From the NCBI GenBank assembly GCA_030828385.1, contig JAURCS010000008.1, positions 8,008 to 72,007 on the forward strand: 64,000 nt of DNA. Direction: 5' to 3'. The position numbers were made by a program, and so were the translations under genes. Position 1 is the stretch's first letter; each line of letters starts with the position of its first letter. Of the stretch, positions 38,129 to 49,269 are shown in pieces. Below the pieces are notes generated by a model. The model was not told the DNA's origin, did not search any database, and was given only the letters and a program-made list of their open reading frames with translations. The DNA comes from Gammaproteobacteria bacterium (lineage in GTDB: Bacteria > Pseudomonadota > Gammaproteobacteria > Pseudomonadales > Pseudohongiellaceae).

Positions 38129-39293
38129 AACCCAGGTAGCTAATCATCACTCCCGCTGCCACAGCTGAGCCGATAACGCCGGCTACGTTTGGCCCCATCG
38201 CATGCATCAGGAGGAAGTTTTGTGGGTTGGCTTCAAGACCTACTTTATTAGCCACACGGGCTGCCATTGGTACGGCTGACACGCCTGCGGCTCCAATAAG
38301 TGGATTTATCGGCGTATTACCAAACCGGTTCATCAGCTTCGCCATTATTACGCCAGTTGCCGTGCCGATAGCAAAAGCAACAATACCGAGTAAAAGAATG
38401 CCCAGGGTTTCCACGTTCAGAAAGGAATCAGAACTCAGTTTGGAACCTACCCCCAAACCCAGAAAAATTGTAGTGATATTAATAAGAGCGTTTTGCGCTG
38501 TATCACTCAGGCGCTCAACCACGCCGCTCTCTTTCATCAGGTTGCCGAAACAGAACATTCCCAGCAGCGGCGCTGCGGTAGGCAAAAACAAGGCAACCAG
38601 CATTAGCAGGCTCAGGGGGAAAATGATTTTTTCACGCTGGGATACCGGACGCAGCTGTTCCATTCGAATCTCCCGCTCCGCCTGAGTGGTCAGGGCTTTC
38701 ATGATGGGAGGCTGAATCATTGGTACCAGTGCCATATAGGAATAGGCTGCCACCGCAATGGCTCCCAGCAAGTCCGGTGCCAGGCGACTTGAAACAAAGA
38801 TGGCGGTTGGACCATCAGCGCCGCCAATTATTCCAATAGCTGCGGCATCTGCCAGACTGAAATCCATCAGCCCCATAGCTGACAGGCCTACTGCGCCAAT
38901 CACTGTGGTAAATATTCCGAACTGCGCTGCAGCACCAAGAAAGAGGGTACGTGGATTGGCCAACAAGGGACCAAAATCAGTCATCGCACCTACTCCCATG
39001 AAAATAATCAAAGGAAAAATACCCGTGGAGATACCCGCTTCATAGATGTAATAAAGAATGCCACCCGGTGACTCAAGATGGCCGACCGCATCATAAACGG
39101 GTTCAGCCAGAAAACCGGCTCCCGGAATATTCACCAGAATGGCACCCATACCAATGGGCAACAGCAGCAGCGGTTCAAAACCTTTTCTTATTGCCAGAAA
39201 CACCAACAGTAAGCCAACCAGCAACATAACAAACTGGCCAGCTTCCAACTGGTAAATTCCGGAGTCCTGAAAAAGCTTAAGCAAGCTATCCAT
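38127..39293 (-). CDS. oadB: Oxaloacetate decarboxylase (Na+-translocating) beta subunit
   Basis: 388 aa, polytopic, in the sodium-ion-translocating decarboxylase beta family. It lies downstream of oadA. Confidence 0.85.
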   Translation of the reverse strand: MDSLLKLFQDSGIYQLEAGQFVMLLVGLLLVFLAIRKGFEPLLLLPIGMGAILVNIPGAGFLAEPVYDAVGHLESPGGILYYIYEAGISTGIFPLIIFMGVGAMTDFGPLLANPRTLFLGAAAQFGIFTTVIGAVGLSAMGLMDFSLADAAAIGIIGGADGPTAIFVSSRLAPDLLGAIAVAAYSYMALVPMIQPPIMKALTTQAEREIRMEQLRPVSQREKIIFPLSLLMLVALFLPTAAPLLGMFCFGNLMKESGVVERLSDTAQNALINITTIFLGLGVGSKLSSDSFLNVETLGILLLGIVAFAIGTATGVIMAKLMNRFGNTPINPLIGAAGVSAVPMAARVANKVGLEANPQNFLLMHAMGPNVAGVIGSAVAAGVMISYLG

Positions 39294-39331
39294 TAAACGG
39301 GTTTCCTTGAGCGCAAGAGGCGAATGACTGC

Positions 39332-41137
39332 TTAACCAATGGTCAGCAACTCATCGCCTACGGATACCGCATTACCTTCCGCCACCTTGATACTCTGAAT
39401 GGTGCCAGCTTTAGCAGCCTTAACCTCTGTTTCCATTTTCATGGCCTCAAGGATTATCAATACTTCTCCTTCAACCACTTTCTGACCAACAGTGACATTA
39501 ACCTTGAAAATATTTCCTGCCAGTGGCGCAAACTGTGGCTCACTATTTTTCGCTGGTACCGGGCCTTCTGTCTTTGGAGCTGCCGCAGCAGTGCCAGACA
39601 CTGGTTTGATATTGCTTACATCACCACCTTCGGAGACCTGTACCACATAGGACTGTCCATTAACGTTAACCGAATAAACACTGGCATCGCCACTTTTAAC
39701 CGGCGCCGCGGCAGCTTTAGGTGCATCCTGTTCTTCAGTTGGTGGCGGCTCAAAAGCATCCGGGTTACCGCGGTTTTTCAGAAATTTAAGACCAATCTGT
39801 GGAAACAATGCATAGGTAAGCACATCATCAATTTCTCTCTCCCCGCTTTCCAGGGTAAACCCTTCCGCCTTGGCTTTCTCACGCAACTCCTGAGTGAGCA
39901 CATCCAGCTCCGGCTCAAGCAGATCAGCAGGACGACAGGTAATAGCTTCCTTACCATCCAGTGCTTTAGCCTGTAATTCCTTGTTCACCTCAGAAGCCGT
40001 GGCGCCGTACTCGCCTTTCAGGATGCCTGCGGTTTCCTTGGTAATATTCTTGTAACGTTCACCCGACAGCACATTGATGACAGCCTGTGTACCGACGATC
40101 TGGGATGTCGGTGTTACCAGGGCAATGTTGCCAAGATCTTCACGTACACGGGGAATTTCCTTAAGCACTTCCCCAAGCCGCTCTGAGGCATTTTGTTCAC
40201 GCAACTGCCCTTCCATATTGGTGAGCATGCCACCAGGCACCTGAGCCAACAGAATTCGGGCATCCACTCCTTTCAGGGCACCTTCAAACTTCGCATATTT
40301 TTTACGTACTACGCGAAAATATTCAGCAATCTCGGCTAGCAAGGCCAGATCCAGGCCGGGGTCTCCAGGCTGACCGTCAAAAATGGCATTGATTGTTTCA
40401 GTTGGCGTATGTCCATAAGTCATACTCATGGAAGAGATCGCAGTATCGACCCTGTCAATATTGGCTTCTATGGCTTTAACCACAGTGGGTATGGAAAGAC
40501 CAGTGGTTGCATGGGCATGCAAGTGAATAGGTAATGAGGTTTCCTTTTTCAACCGTTCGACCATCTCAAAGGCATCATAGGGTTTTAGCAAACCGGCCAT
40601 ATCCTTGATACAAATGGAATCAGAGCCCATGGATTCAAGTTGCTTGGCAAGCGTAAGCCAGGTGTCCAGAGTATGAACCGGGCTGACCGTATAAGATAAA
40701 GTCCCTTGCGCATGACCCCCTACTTTTTTCACTCCCTTGATTGCCGTTTCCATATTGCGTGGATCATTCATGGCATCAAAAACACGGAACACATCAACGC
40801 CATTGACGTGGGCACGTTCACAAAACTTTTCCACCACATCGTCGGCATAATGGCGATAGCCAAGAATATTCTGGGCTCTGAAGAGCATTTGATGACGGGT
40901 ATTGGGAATGGCTTTCTTGAGTTCCCTGATGCGGAACCAGGGATCTTCACCCAGGTAACGAATACAGGCATCAAAAGTCGCTCCGCCCCAGGTCTCAACT
41001 GACCAGAAACCTACCTGGTCAATTTTGTCTGCGATGGGAAGCATGTCGTCCAGACGCAACCGGGTGGCAAACAGGGACTGGTGAGCGTCTCGTAAAACCA
41101 GTTCTGTGATACCTACAGCATCTCTATCTTTAATCAT
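39332..41137 (-). CDS. oadA: Oxaloacetate decarboxylase alpha subunit (carboxyltransferase plus biotinyl domain)
   Basis: 601 aa. The N-terminus is [17 protein letters not shown]. The C-terminal biotin attachment site is EAMKMETEV. Confidence 0.9.
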   Translation of the reverse strand: MIKDRDAVGITELVLRDAHQSLFATRLRLDDMLPIADKIDQVGFWSVETWGGATFDACIRYLGEDPWFRIRELKKAIPNTRHQMLFRAQNILGYRHYADDVVEKFCERAHVNGVDVFRVFDAMNDPRNMETAIKGVKKVGGHAQGTLSYTVSPVHTLDTWLTLAKQLESMGSDSICIKDMAGLLKPYDAFEMVERLKKETSLPIHLHAHATTGLSIPTVVKAIEANIDRVDTAISSMSMTYGHTPTETINAIFDGQPGDPGLDLALLAEIAEYFRVVRKKYAKFEGALKGVDARILLAQVPGGMLTNMEGQLREQNASERLGEVLKEIPRVREDLGNIALVTPTSQIVGTQAVINVLSGERYKNITKETAGILKGEYGATASEVNKELQAKALDGKEAITCRPADLLEPELDVLTQELREKAKAEGFTLESGEREIDDVLTYALFPQIGLKFLKNRGNPDAFEPPPTEEQDAPKAAAAPVKSGDASVYSVNVNGQSYVVQVSEGGDVSNIKPVSGTAAAAPKTEGPVPAKNSEPQFAPLAGNIFKVNVTVGQKVVEGEVLIILEAMKMETEVKAAKAGTIQSIKVAEGNAVSVGDELLTIG

Positions 41138-41305
41138 TGGAATAACCCATTATAAATTTTCATATTCACATCAGCATTAGTGTTGCATAAGCACTTACGC
41201 ACTATTTCCGCACCATGGTTATCAAACCTGTTAAAAAAGATTGTGAAGTAAAACGATTCTTTATTATGACTATGGCAGCAATTGCTGCAATTGCGACTAA
41301 TGCAC

Positions 41306-41545
41306 CTACTGCTTCAGGCGGTGAGCATGAATCGCAGCGGTGATGACAGCGAACAAGGCAGCTTCGTCAAGTTGCTCTGTTGCTCCGGGATTATTCGGGT
41401 CTGCGGGTTGAACAGCCCCATATTTCTGCACCAGTGTGGACATGATAGATGTCACAAACACCAGTATGGTGAGGAACACAAATACTGTGCCCATACCAAG
41501 TAACATCAGATTAATACCTTCTGATATCAACTCTCCGGAATTCAC
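41306..41545 (-). CDS. oadG: Oxaloacetate decarboxylase gamma subunit
   Basis: 79 aa with a single N-terminal TM (LMLLGMGTVFVFLTILVFV). It lies upstream of oadA. Confidence 0.75.
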   Translation of the reverse strand: MNSGELISEGINLMLLGMGTVFVFLTILVFVTSIMSTLVQKYGAVQPADPNNPGATEQLDEAALFAVITAAIHAHRLKQ

Positions 41546-41794
41546 TTAATATTTCCTCGTTTGATCTTTTTACAGGCATTTCCGGCGGAAATTCCAGTCA
41601 GCCCACTTTACATGAAAATAGCCAATTTTTCCAAGTAAACTGCGGGTTCACAGCGGTTATGCGCTATTACTTTGACTTTCCCTACACAATTCGGGGATTC
41701 TCAACATGCATGAAGCAAGATGAGGCAATTTACGGTAAATTACTATTCTGAACGTTAATCGACCACTGGGTCCACTAAAACAGGGTATTAACTC

Positions 41795-43783
41795 TTGCAC
41801 GGCGAAACTTCAGAATTACTTACATCACTCCTCTTGCTGCTGGGCACATCAACAGCGCTGATTGTGCTGTTGTATCGTTTACATATTGCTTCCCTCCTGG
41901 CCTTTCTGATAACCGGGGCCCTTTTTAGTCCAACCGGCCTCGGGGTAATCGATGACCCCGAAGAACTTGCTGCCATCGCTGAGCTTGGTTTAACTTTCCT
42001 GCTATTTATTCTGGGTCTCGAATTTTCATTACCAAGACTCATTGCCTTGCGTAATACGGTATTCAGACTGGGCAGTATGCAGATGCTTGTCTGCTCCTTT
42101 ATATTTTTCCTGGTACTGCAGCTAACAGGGCTGGACTGGCAAATTGCCCTCATTCTCGCAGGGGGCTTTTCCCTGTCCTCCACTGCCATTGTGTCAGGTG
42201 AACTTAGCAATCTTGGGCTACTCAAAAAAAGACATGGTGAAATTGCTATCGGCATCCTGCTGTTCCAGGACCTAGCGGCCATTGTGCTTTTGGTAGCCGT
42301 TCCACTGGTTAGTTCCCAGTCCGAGGGGTTTTCTCTGGGCGGACTACTTTTCACTATCACTGAAGGCCTGGTTCTCCTGGCAGCCTTCTTCTTTACCAGC
42401 CGCTATTTACTGCCACATTTATTGCGCGAAATCGCCACCCAAAAGTCCGACCAGCTACTTGTACTGGCGGCACTGGTGATCGTGCTGTTGTCGGCCATGC
42501 TGACATCCAGTATCGGATTGAGCATGGAGCTGGGAGCATTTCTGGCAGGGATGATGCTGGGTGATACCCGGTTTAAACATCAACTTGAAGCAGATATTCG
42601 TCCATTCCGCGATTTATTGCTTGGTCTGTTTTTCATCACCATAGGGATGCTGGTTGATCTTGGACAGCTGGTCTCTTTTTGGCCATACCTTCTGCTGGGA
42701 GGCCTGTTACTGATGATAACCAAGGCCTTCCTTATAACCGGAGTCGTCAAACTACTGGGCGAATCCTGGCGCTCTGCCATACCGGCAGGACTGACTCTGG
42801 CTCAGGGTAGTGAATTTCTCTTTGCCTTGCTGGCACTGTCTGTAAGAAGCCAGCTGGTTAATCAAAATGTTGCTTCTAATTTAATCACCATAGTCATTAT
42901 CAGCATGGTTATGACGCCTCTTCTCATCAAGCATTCGCCAAACCTTGTTGATAGCTTTATTTCTCGTATCGGTAATAAAACACTGCAAGCCACAAACGAA
43001 GAAATATTCGATCGGGAAATAAAGAAAAAGAACCATATCCTAATTCTCGGTTTTGGACGTGTTGGCCAAACCATTGCCCGTTTCCTGCGACCATTAAATA
43101 TAGATTATCTGGTACTGGAAACAGACGACATTCGAATCAAGGAAGCCAGCGCTGTTGATGAGCCCATTTTTTATGGGGACAGTTCCCGTATTGATATTCT
43201 AAAAGCAGCCGGCGCCGCTAATGCATCAATCGTGGTGGTTACCTTTGATGACACCGATCTGGCTACCAAGATTATTGAAAACGTCAAAAATATAAATTCC
43301 ACCATACCTGTCCTGGTCAGGACGCGGGATGACTCTCATCTTGAAGACCTTCTTTCTGCCGGAGCAGAAGAAGTTATTCCGGAAACCCATGAAGCAAGTC
43401 TGACCATGGTTTCTCATTTATTGCTGATGGTGGAATACCCGGACATTATGGTTCACAGCATTATCGATAAGGCACGTCGTGATCGCTACCGTATGCTGAA
43501 AGGTTTCTACCACGGTGAAAGACTGGGCTTCCTTGGCAAGAAAAGTCAAAGTTCAGCAATCATTCATGCGGTCAATTTACCGAAGGGGGCATTTGTCTGC
43601 GGTAAAACAATAGCAGAACTTTTGCTACCTATGGATATCAATATTCTGGATATTCATCGCGACAACCTCGTGATATCAGCAGAGCAAAATCAGGACCTGG
43701 TGCTGCAGCATGGCGATATCGTAGTATTGCGAGGTCTGGTAGATCAGCTGGACGCTGGTGAAAGCTATCTGCTTCAGGGGTAA
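41795..43783 (+). CDS. CPA2-family monovalent cation:proton antiporter with RCK (TrkA-N/TrkA-C) domains (KefB/KefC-like)
   Basis: 662 aa from a TTG start. A polytopic N-terminal half is followed by the Rossmann motif ILILGFGRVGQTIARFL. Confidence 0.8.
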   Translation: MHGETSELLTSLLLLLGTSTALIVLLYRLHIASLLAFLITGALFSPTGLGVIDDPEELAAIAELGLTFLLFILGLEFSLPRLIALRNTVFRLGSMQMLVCSFIFFLVLQLTGLDWQIALILAGGFSLSSTAIVSGELSNLGLLKKRHGEIAIGILLFQDLAAIVLLVAVPLVSSQSEGFSLGGLLFTITEGLVLLAAFFFTSRYLLPHLLREIATQKSDQLLVLAALVIVLLSAMLTSSIGLSMELGAFLAGMMLGDTRFKHQLEADIRPFRDLLLGLFFITIGMLVDLGQLVSFWPYLLLGGLLLMITKAFLITGVVKLLGESWRSAIPAGLTLAQGSEFLFALLALSVRSQLVNQNVASNLITIVIISMVMTPLLIKHSPNLVDSFISRIGNKTLQATNEEIFDREIKKKNHILILGFGRVGQTIARFLRPLNIDYLVLETDDIRIKEASAVDEPIFYGDSSRIDILKAAGAANASIVVVTFDDTDLATKIIENVKNINSTIPVLVRTRDDSHLEDLLSAGAEEVIPETHEASLTMVSHLLLMVEYPDIMVHSIIDKARRDRYRMLKGFYHGERLGFLGKKSQSSAIIHAVNLPKGAFVCGKTIAELLLPMDINILDIHRDNLVISAEQNQDLVLQHGDIVVLRGLVDQLDAGESYLLQG

Positions 43784-43785
43784 TA

Positions 43786-44943
43786 ATGCTTGAGGCTCTT
43801 TTGCTGCATCTGCTTGCCATCCCGGTATTCGCATGGCAATTATTGCGCACAGTGCCTGCCGAAGGGTGGCGTCATGTCTGGAAAAGGATTCCGCTGTTTG
43901 GCCTGATATGGATCCTGTTTAGTCTGTTAAACCTGCTGCATATAGTTGGTCATCTGGCCGATGAGGTGCTGTTCCGAAATTACCGGCGTACGGTAATAAG
44001 AGAGCCTGTGTTTATTATTGGCATCCCTCGCAGTGGTACTACGTATCTGCAACGATTGCTTGGTTGTGAGCAAAAATTTACAACCTTTTCTACCTGGGAG
44101 GCAATTTTCGCACCGTCGATCTCAGAAAAATATTTTTACCGCGCCCTTGGCTGGTTGACGCGCCCTTTCAATTTAATATTTAGATCCATTCGTCAAAATC
44201 TCTTACGACAGATGGACACTATCCATAAGCTGGGCTTGCAGGAACCTGAAGAAGATTTTTTGCTACTACTGCCGATACTGGGATGTTTCTTACCGGTGTT
44301 CCTGTGTCCCGATTCAACACATTACTGGAAGCTGGGCTATTTCGATAAAAACGTCCCAACGTGGCACAAAAAACTGATACTGAACTTTTATCGGCTTTGC
44401 CTGCAAAAACATATATTTTTTCATGGCAAAGAGAAACGGTTGTTGAGCAAAAATCCTTCCTATACTTCCTGGTCAGCATCCCTGCTCAGTTATTTTCCGG
44501 ATGCAAGGCTTATTGCCTGCACTCGCTCTCCGCAGGAGGCTGTGCCTTCCCAGCTAAGTGCCATGGGCCCGGCTATGAAGCTTCTGGGCTCTGGATTATT
44601 ATCTGAAAATACCCAGAATAAACTGATTGAGCTTCTGTATAGTTACTACTTTGAGCTTGGCAATATTCAGCAGAACAATCGCGTTTACATACTTCCCATG
44701 ACAGCTTTACAAATCGATCTGAAAGTTACCCTGTTAGATTTACTGAATTTTCTTCCATTCCAGCCATCGAGTAATTTCATACTAAGCCTGGAGCTGGCAG
44801 ATGAATATTCACGCTCATACAAAAGCTCGCATCACTATCACCCCGGTTTGTTTTCACTCTCCGACAAGCTGCTTGCTGAAAAATTTCATGACGTCTGGCC
44901 ACTGAGTAATTCAGCATCAGAAAAAAGACAGCAGGAAAACTGA
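43786..44943 (+). CDS. Membrane-anchored PAPS-dependent sulfotransferase (Sulfotransfer_3-like)
   Basis: 385 aa with two N-terminal TM segments, then IIGIPRSGTTYLQRLL (PAPS 5'-phosphosulfate loop) and LSKNPSYT...ACTRSPQEAVPS. The start is 2 nt after the antiporter stop. Confidence 0.7.
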   Translation: MLEALLLHLLAIPVFAWQLLRTVPAEGWRHVWKRIPLFGLIWILFSLLNLLHIVGHLADEVLFRNYRRTVIREPVFIIGIPRSGTTYLQRLLGCEQKFTTFSTWEAIFAPSISEKYFYRALGWLTRPFNLIFRSIRQNLLRQMDTIHKLGLQEPEEDFLLLLPILGCFLPVFLCPDSTHYWKLGYFDKNVPTWHKKLILNFYRLCLQKHIFFHGKEKRLLSKNPSYTSWSASLLSYFPDARLIACTRSPQEAVPSQLSAMGPAMKLLGSGLLSENTQNKLIELLYSYYFELGNIQQNNRVYILPMTALQIDLKVTLLDLLNFLPFQPSSNFILSLELADEYSRSYKSSHHYHPGLFSLSDKLLAEKFHDVWPLSNSASEKRQQEN

Positions 44944-44947
44944 AACA

Positions 44948-46078
44948 GTGCCCAGCCTTCCTTTATCTAAAACACGCCTACTGGCAATTTCCGATGCAGC
45001 CCCTTCCCGCAATGGCGCTGGTGCCTATTATCTCGACTTGCTTGAGCAGATGGATGGGCGTCTGGAGAAAACGCAGCTTTACTCTCCTGTCATCGATGAG
45101 CATGGCCAATGGCGGGCAGGACTCAGCCTTCCCCTGCCGGGTGATCAAACCCAGAAATTATGTTTTCCCAATCCCATTGAATTAAGCCGCGTATTTGACA
45201 GTGTGAATCCTGACATCGTCATTATTGCTACGCCAGGGGTCTATGGTATTACCGGCGCGTGGATGGCCCGGCGCAGGAAAATTCCATATCTAACGGGTAT
45301 GCATACATCCTTTGAACAACTTACCGAACTTTACTGGCCAAACTCTGTTAAGGGAAAAATAGTCCAACAGTATTTCAATTTTTCCAACGGCTTTCTTTTC
45401 AAGCATACCGAGGCTGTGCTTGGAAATGCGGAACCGGTACTGAAACAGGCGCAGGACATGGGCGCGCCGAAAACCAGATTAATAGGAACACCGGTAGCTT
45501 CGGAATTTATCAATGCCGCTTATAAGCCTCGTCGTGGCTCCCTGAAAAGCTGCCTGTTTGCAGGGCGTTTGGCACGAGAGAAAAATATTGAAGCATTATT
45601 AAAAGCAGTGAAAGATTTTCCAGATATGCAATTCAGCATTGCCGGTGACGGGCCATTACGGGAAAGGATAATTGCAGCGGCACAAGAGAGCCATAATCTT
45701 GAGTATCTCGGCTGGTTAAGCCGACATGCCCTGAGGAAAAAGATCGATGAGCATGACGCTCTCCTGCTGCCCTCTCATTTTGAAACATTTGGAACCGTGG
45801 CACTTGAAGCAATGGCCAGGGAAAAACTGGTTTTTGTTTCTCAAGGTTGCGGCATCACGCACTGGAACAAACTGCTTCCGGGATTGATAGTCATTGACGA
45901 AGTCGGGCTTTCACATAGCATCAGGCATGTTTTGCGTAAAAGTCTGGAAGAGCGTAAAGACATTGCCTGCATGGCCAACAGTCTCGCTCTGGAATGGAAT
46001 ACTGATGTACTTAATCGATGGAGCCAGATTATCACTGAAACCATTAGAAATTATATCGAAAATCATCAGCAGAATTAA
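44948..46078 (+). CDS. Glycosyltransferase family 4 (GT-B)
   Basis: 376 aa from a GTG start. FAGRLAREKNIEALL and the EX7E region SHFETFGTVALEAMAREKLVF are present. Confidence 0.8.
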   Translation: MPSLPLSKTRLLAISDAAPSRNGAGAYYLDLLEQMDGRLEKTQLYSPVIDEHGQWRAGLSLPLPGDQTQKLCFPNPIELSRVFDSVNPDIVIIATPGVYGITGAWMARRRKIPYLTGMHTSFEQLTELYWPNSVKGKIVQQYFNFSNGFLFKHTEAVLGNAEPVLKQAQDMGAPKTRLIGTPVASEFINAAYKPRRGSLKSCLFAGRLAREKNIEALLKAVKDFPDMQFSIAGDGPLRERIIAAAQESHNLEYLGWLSRHALRKKIDEHDALLLPSHFETFGTVALEAMAREKLVFVSQGCGITHWNKLLPGLIVIDEVGLSHSIRHVLRKSLEERKDIACMANSLALEWNTDVLNRWSQIITETIRNYIENHQQN

Positions 46079-46112
46079 AAATACCTACAAGCAGGATAGT
46101 TTCTGAGCAGCA

Positions 46113-46802
46113 ATGCACGCACTGATTTCAATACATGATGTTATGCCTTCGACCCTGAACAGGGTCTCCCGGCTTACTCAGGACCTGACTCACTTGCAGT
46201 CCTGCAATATAACGATGCTGGTAGTGCCTGGGCATCAATGGTCCAGGGAACAGCTTGATGTTTTACGTGAATTTGAGCAACAAGGTTACATTCTTTGTGG
46301 CCATGGCTGGCATCATTCCAGCAAAAAAATTCGCGGCATTTATCATCGCCTGCATTCTTTACTGGTCTCGAGAAACGCAGCCGAACATCTTGCGCTTGAT
46401 GAAAAGGAAATCAGGCAACTGATTGACGATTGCCACCAGTGGTTTGCCAAAAACAATCTTGGTGCACCGGATCTTTACGTCCCCCCTGCCTGGGCCATGG
46501 GAAAAATCAGCCCGCGACAACTTGAACAAACGTCATTTCGTTTTTTTGAAAACACCTCCGGCTTCTACGACAGCAGTACGGGGCAACAGTTGTACCTTCC
46601 CCTCATCGGCTTTGAGGCTGACAATATGTTTCAAGCCGGAGCACTGAAGCTTTGGAACGCAGTCAATACACTTGCAGGAAGTGAAAAAAAACCGGTACGA
46701 ATTTCAATTCACCCCTCTGATAGGGAATTGCTCCTTGCTGACTCGTTAACCTCCGCTTTACGGTCCGTGACAAATGCTGTCCATTACCGCTCACTTTTTT
46801 GA
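46113..46802 (+). CDS. DUF2334 / polysaccharide-deacetylase-like protein
   Basis: 229 aa. ISIHDVMPSTL..., LVVPGHQW, GHGWHH and YVPPAWAM are typical of DUF2334. Confidence 0.65.
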   Translation: MHALISIHDVMPSTLNRVSRLTQDLTHLQSCNITMLVVPGHQWSREQLDVLREFEQQGYILCGHGWHHSSKKIRGIYHRLHSLLVSRNAAEHLALDEKEIRQLIDDCHQWFAKNNLGAPDLYVPPAWAMGKISPRQLEQTSFRFFENTSGFYDSSTGQQLYLPLIGFEADNMFQAGALKLWNAVNTLAGSEKKPVRISIHPSDRELLLADSLTSALRSVTNAVHYRSLF

Positions 46803-46850
46803 ATGACCGGACAAATTAATCAGCCTATGGGTAATTGCTGTTTCCGACAA

Positions 46851-48665
46851 TTACTCTTCAAGCTCAAAAGCCAGCAACACATTCCCCGGACGCCCAACAA
46901 AGCCTGCCGAGCCGGAAAGCATATACATCATGCCATCAACCACAACAGGGCCTGAGCCATCAAAAGAGCCTCCATTGGCTGGCACGCCATTCACTGTGGT
47001 AAACCTGTGATTGGCATCAAATGTCCAGATCACTGCTCCAGTGTCAGCATCATAGGCACGTATTCCCCCATCGGCAGAACCGGAGAACACGGCTCCCGGT
47101 ATGGCGGTAACCGCGGCTGACTGGGTGGCCGAACAACCGGGGCCTTCAGCACACAACAAGTCCTGAGGCCCGGTATACCAGACGCGCTGCCCGGTCTCTA
47201 TATCAATACCATGAATACCGCCCCCCTGGGTAAATATGTAACCACCTACGGCTACGTAAGCCAAACCATCTCCCACGGCCGCGCCCCAAACCCCACCAAC
47301 CGGGCTACCCGGACCTGCGCGATACTGCCAAACCAGTTCTCCCTGATTATTTGGATCAAGTCCGTAGGCAAAGCCGGATTTCTGCGGAATAACAAGCATT
47401 TCACGACCCGATGGTGTACTGGTCAGAATCGGTGAGGCTGAAAAGTCAAAATCCGGGCCTACATCTTCGGGACAGTTCGGGTTATTTTCCCCATCACAAC
47501 CAAATATCCAGGCATCACCTGGCGTTAACTGTTTAGCCCAGGCTATTTCTCCATTGCTCATCTTGATAGCGACTACCGCATCCGAGGTTTCAGGAGCAGG
47601 ATCAGCGTAGGCATTACCGGTGGCTACATAAATCAGGCCCCGATCATCATCAATAGTGGGCGCACTCCAGATGCCGACGCCAGCGGGCCCATACAGTAAT
47701 ACGCCATTGCTGCTGGTACCACGAGGCCGGGGTTCAGGAACCATATATGACTTCCAGATGAGGTCACCACTTTGGGCATCAAAGGCACTGACACTGCCGC
47801 GGAAAGTACAACAGGCATAGTCCGGGTTTGATGAGGTACTTTCTTCGCCGACGCCCGACATGGGGACATAAAGAACCCCCTTATGTAATGCCACTGCACC
47901 CGTGCCACGAACACTGGGATGATCATCAACCGTGCGTACCCAAAGTACTTCGCCAGTCTGGGCATTCACGGCATAGGCATTAGCTTTAATATCGACAAAA
48001 TATACCGCATAGCCATCGCTGCCATCTTCAAACTGGTATGGCCCCACGGAGGCTGCGCTACGAATTCCGCTGCGTGGCAAAAAGCTCCAGTAGGTGCATC
48101 CGGATTCCGCATCAAGAGAGTAAAGTGCACCGGCACTGTTACCAACAAATACCCGGCCATCTACAACTACGGGCTGCCCCCTGGCCTGCCCTTCTCCTGG
48201 CAAACCATAGGCCCATTTCAAACGCAGTTTGGGCAGGTCGGCACGCTCAATTCCGCCCTGTGTGGCAAAACGGGTATTACGCGCATCAGGTCCCCAGCCA
48301 TTCCATGAGGCATTAAGAGCCGGGTTTCGCATGGGAGGGTTGTTTGCGCAAAGGTTTTCAGTGATTTCAAGCTCAAGATCAGACACTTCAGCACCGGTAA
48401 GCCAGGCTGCCAGGCCTCTCATATCAACATCGGACAATCCTGTTGCCTGAATTTGCATAAGGCCATCCGTCAACGCCGCATACACGGAGTTCGGGGTAAA
48501 AGCCGCCATATTAGCCCGGGGCGGGGCATGGGTATTGGTTTCCGGGTTCTCATGACAGGCAGCACAACGCGTGTTGTAAAGTGCTTCACTATCCTGAGCC
48601 TGACTGTTTACAGACGTCAATACAGTAAAAATAATCAAGACTACGATTTTACCCAGTGAAAACAT
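46851..48665 (-). CDS. Quinohaemoprotein with an N-terminal cytochrome c domain and a PQQ-like propeller (polyvinyl-alcohol-dehydrogenase-like architecture)
   Basis: 604 aa with a signal peptide and haem motif CAACHEN. Propeller repeats recur (GRVFVGNSAGALYSLDAESG, GVLYVPMSG, GLIYVATGN, GMMYMLSGS). The active-site region is GPDFDFSASP. Confidence 0.75.
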   Translation of the reverse strand: MFSLGKIVVLIIFTVLTSVNSQAQDSEALYNTRCAACHENPETNTHAPPRANMAAFTPNSVYAALTDGLMQIQATGLSDVDMRGLAAWLTGAEVSDLELEITENLCANNPPMRNPALNASWNGWGPDARNTRFATQGGIERADLPKLRLKWAYGLPGEGQARGQPVVVDGRVFVGNSAGALYSLDAESGCTYWSFLPRSGIRSAASVGPYQFEDGSDGYAVYFVDIKANAYAVNAQTGEVLWVRTVDDHPSVRGTGAVALHKGVLYVPMSGVGEESTSSNPDYACCTFRGSVSAFDAQSGDLIWKSYMVPEPRPRGTSSNGVLLYGPAGVGIWSAPTIDDDRGLIYVATGNAYADPAPETSDAVVAIKMSNGEIAWAKQLTPGDAWIFGCDGENNPNCPEDVGPDFDFSASPILTSTPSGREMLVIPQKSGFAYGLDPNNQGELVWQYRAGPGSPVGGVWGAAVGDGLAYVAVGGYIFTQGGGIHGIDIETGQRVWYTGPQDLLCAEGPGCSATQSAAVTAIPGAVFSGSADGGIRAYDADTGAVIWTFDANHRFTTVNGVPANGGSFDGSGPVVVDGMMYMLSGSAGFVGRPGNVLLAFELEE

Positions 48666-48863
48666 CGTTCCCTTTCCCCTTTATTTGCTGATATGTTCAT
48701 ACCTGTTCGGCTTCTCAATGGAATAATAGACGTTAAAGACAATTGAAAACAGTGCAATTCAGCGAATCCGGAATGCCAGATATCCTCCTAAAGGAACTTC
48801 GCATTATTGAATTGATCAGTCATAATAGTGAAAACTACAATTATTTATAGCGGGGTAATAATC

Positions 48864-49256
48864 ATGCAGCTAATCCAAAAGGGAAAAATTTTTATCGCAC
48901 TGGCATTATGTCTGCCATTTTTTTCCATTCAGGCACATCACTCCATTGTTGGAGAGTTTGATACTGCCGTTGAGTTTCAGTTACAGGGAAGCATTACTGA
49001 AGTGGAATGGTTTAATCCGCACATCTGGTTATACATGGATGTCACCAGCGAAAGTGGTGAGGTGGAAAACTGGCAATGTGAAATGGGCTCCCCCAACCAG
49101 TTAATCCGTCTTGGCTGGGCCAAGGAAGATTTGCCGATTGGTACGGTGATTATCGCCAGGGCCAATCCCGCGCGAGATGGCTCGAACACCTGTTCTACTC
49201 GTGTTATCACCCTTGAGGATGGCACTCCGGTTTTTTCACGATCCGGTAACCGTTAA
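48864..49256 (+). CDS. Small secreted protein with predicted mature N-terminus His-His-Ser (module B)
   Basis: ATG 48864 gives MQLIQKGKIFIALALCLPFFSIQA|HHSI. The tracked GTG start is at 48828. It shares EWFNPH, WQCEMGSP and ARDGSN with 27050..27454. Confidence 0.65.
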   Translation: MQLIQKGKIFIALALCLPFFSIQAHHSIVGEFDTAVEFQLQGSITEVEWFNPHIWLYMDVTSESGEVENWQCEMGSPNQLIRLGWAKEDLPIGTVIIARANPARDGSNTCSTRVITLEDGTPVFSRSGNR

Positions 49257-49269
49257 CACGGAGGCGATA

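Noticed and set aside
41138-41305. A hydrophobic reading frame (AVGALVAIAAIAAIVIIKNRF...) in the 168-nt gap between oadG and oadA that could be a missed micro-protein or an oadG extension
   Set aside because: That frame has no ATG, GTG or TTG start between the upstream stop and the hydrophobic stretch. OadG already has its normal length.
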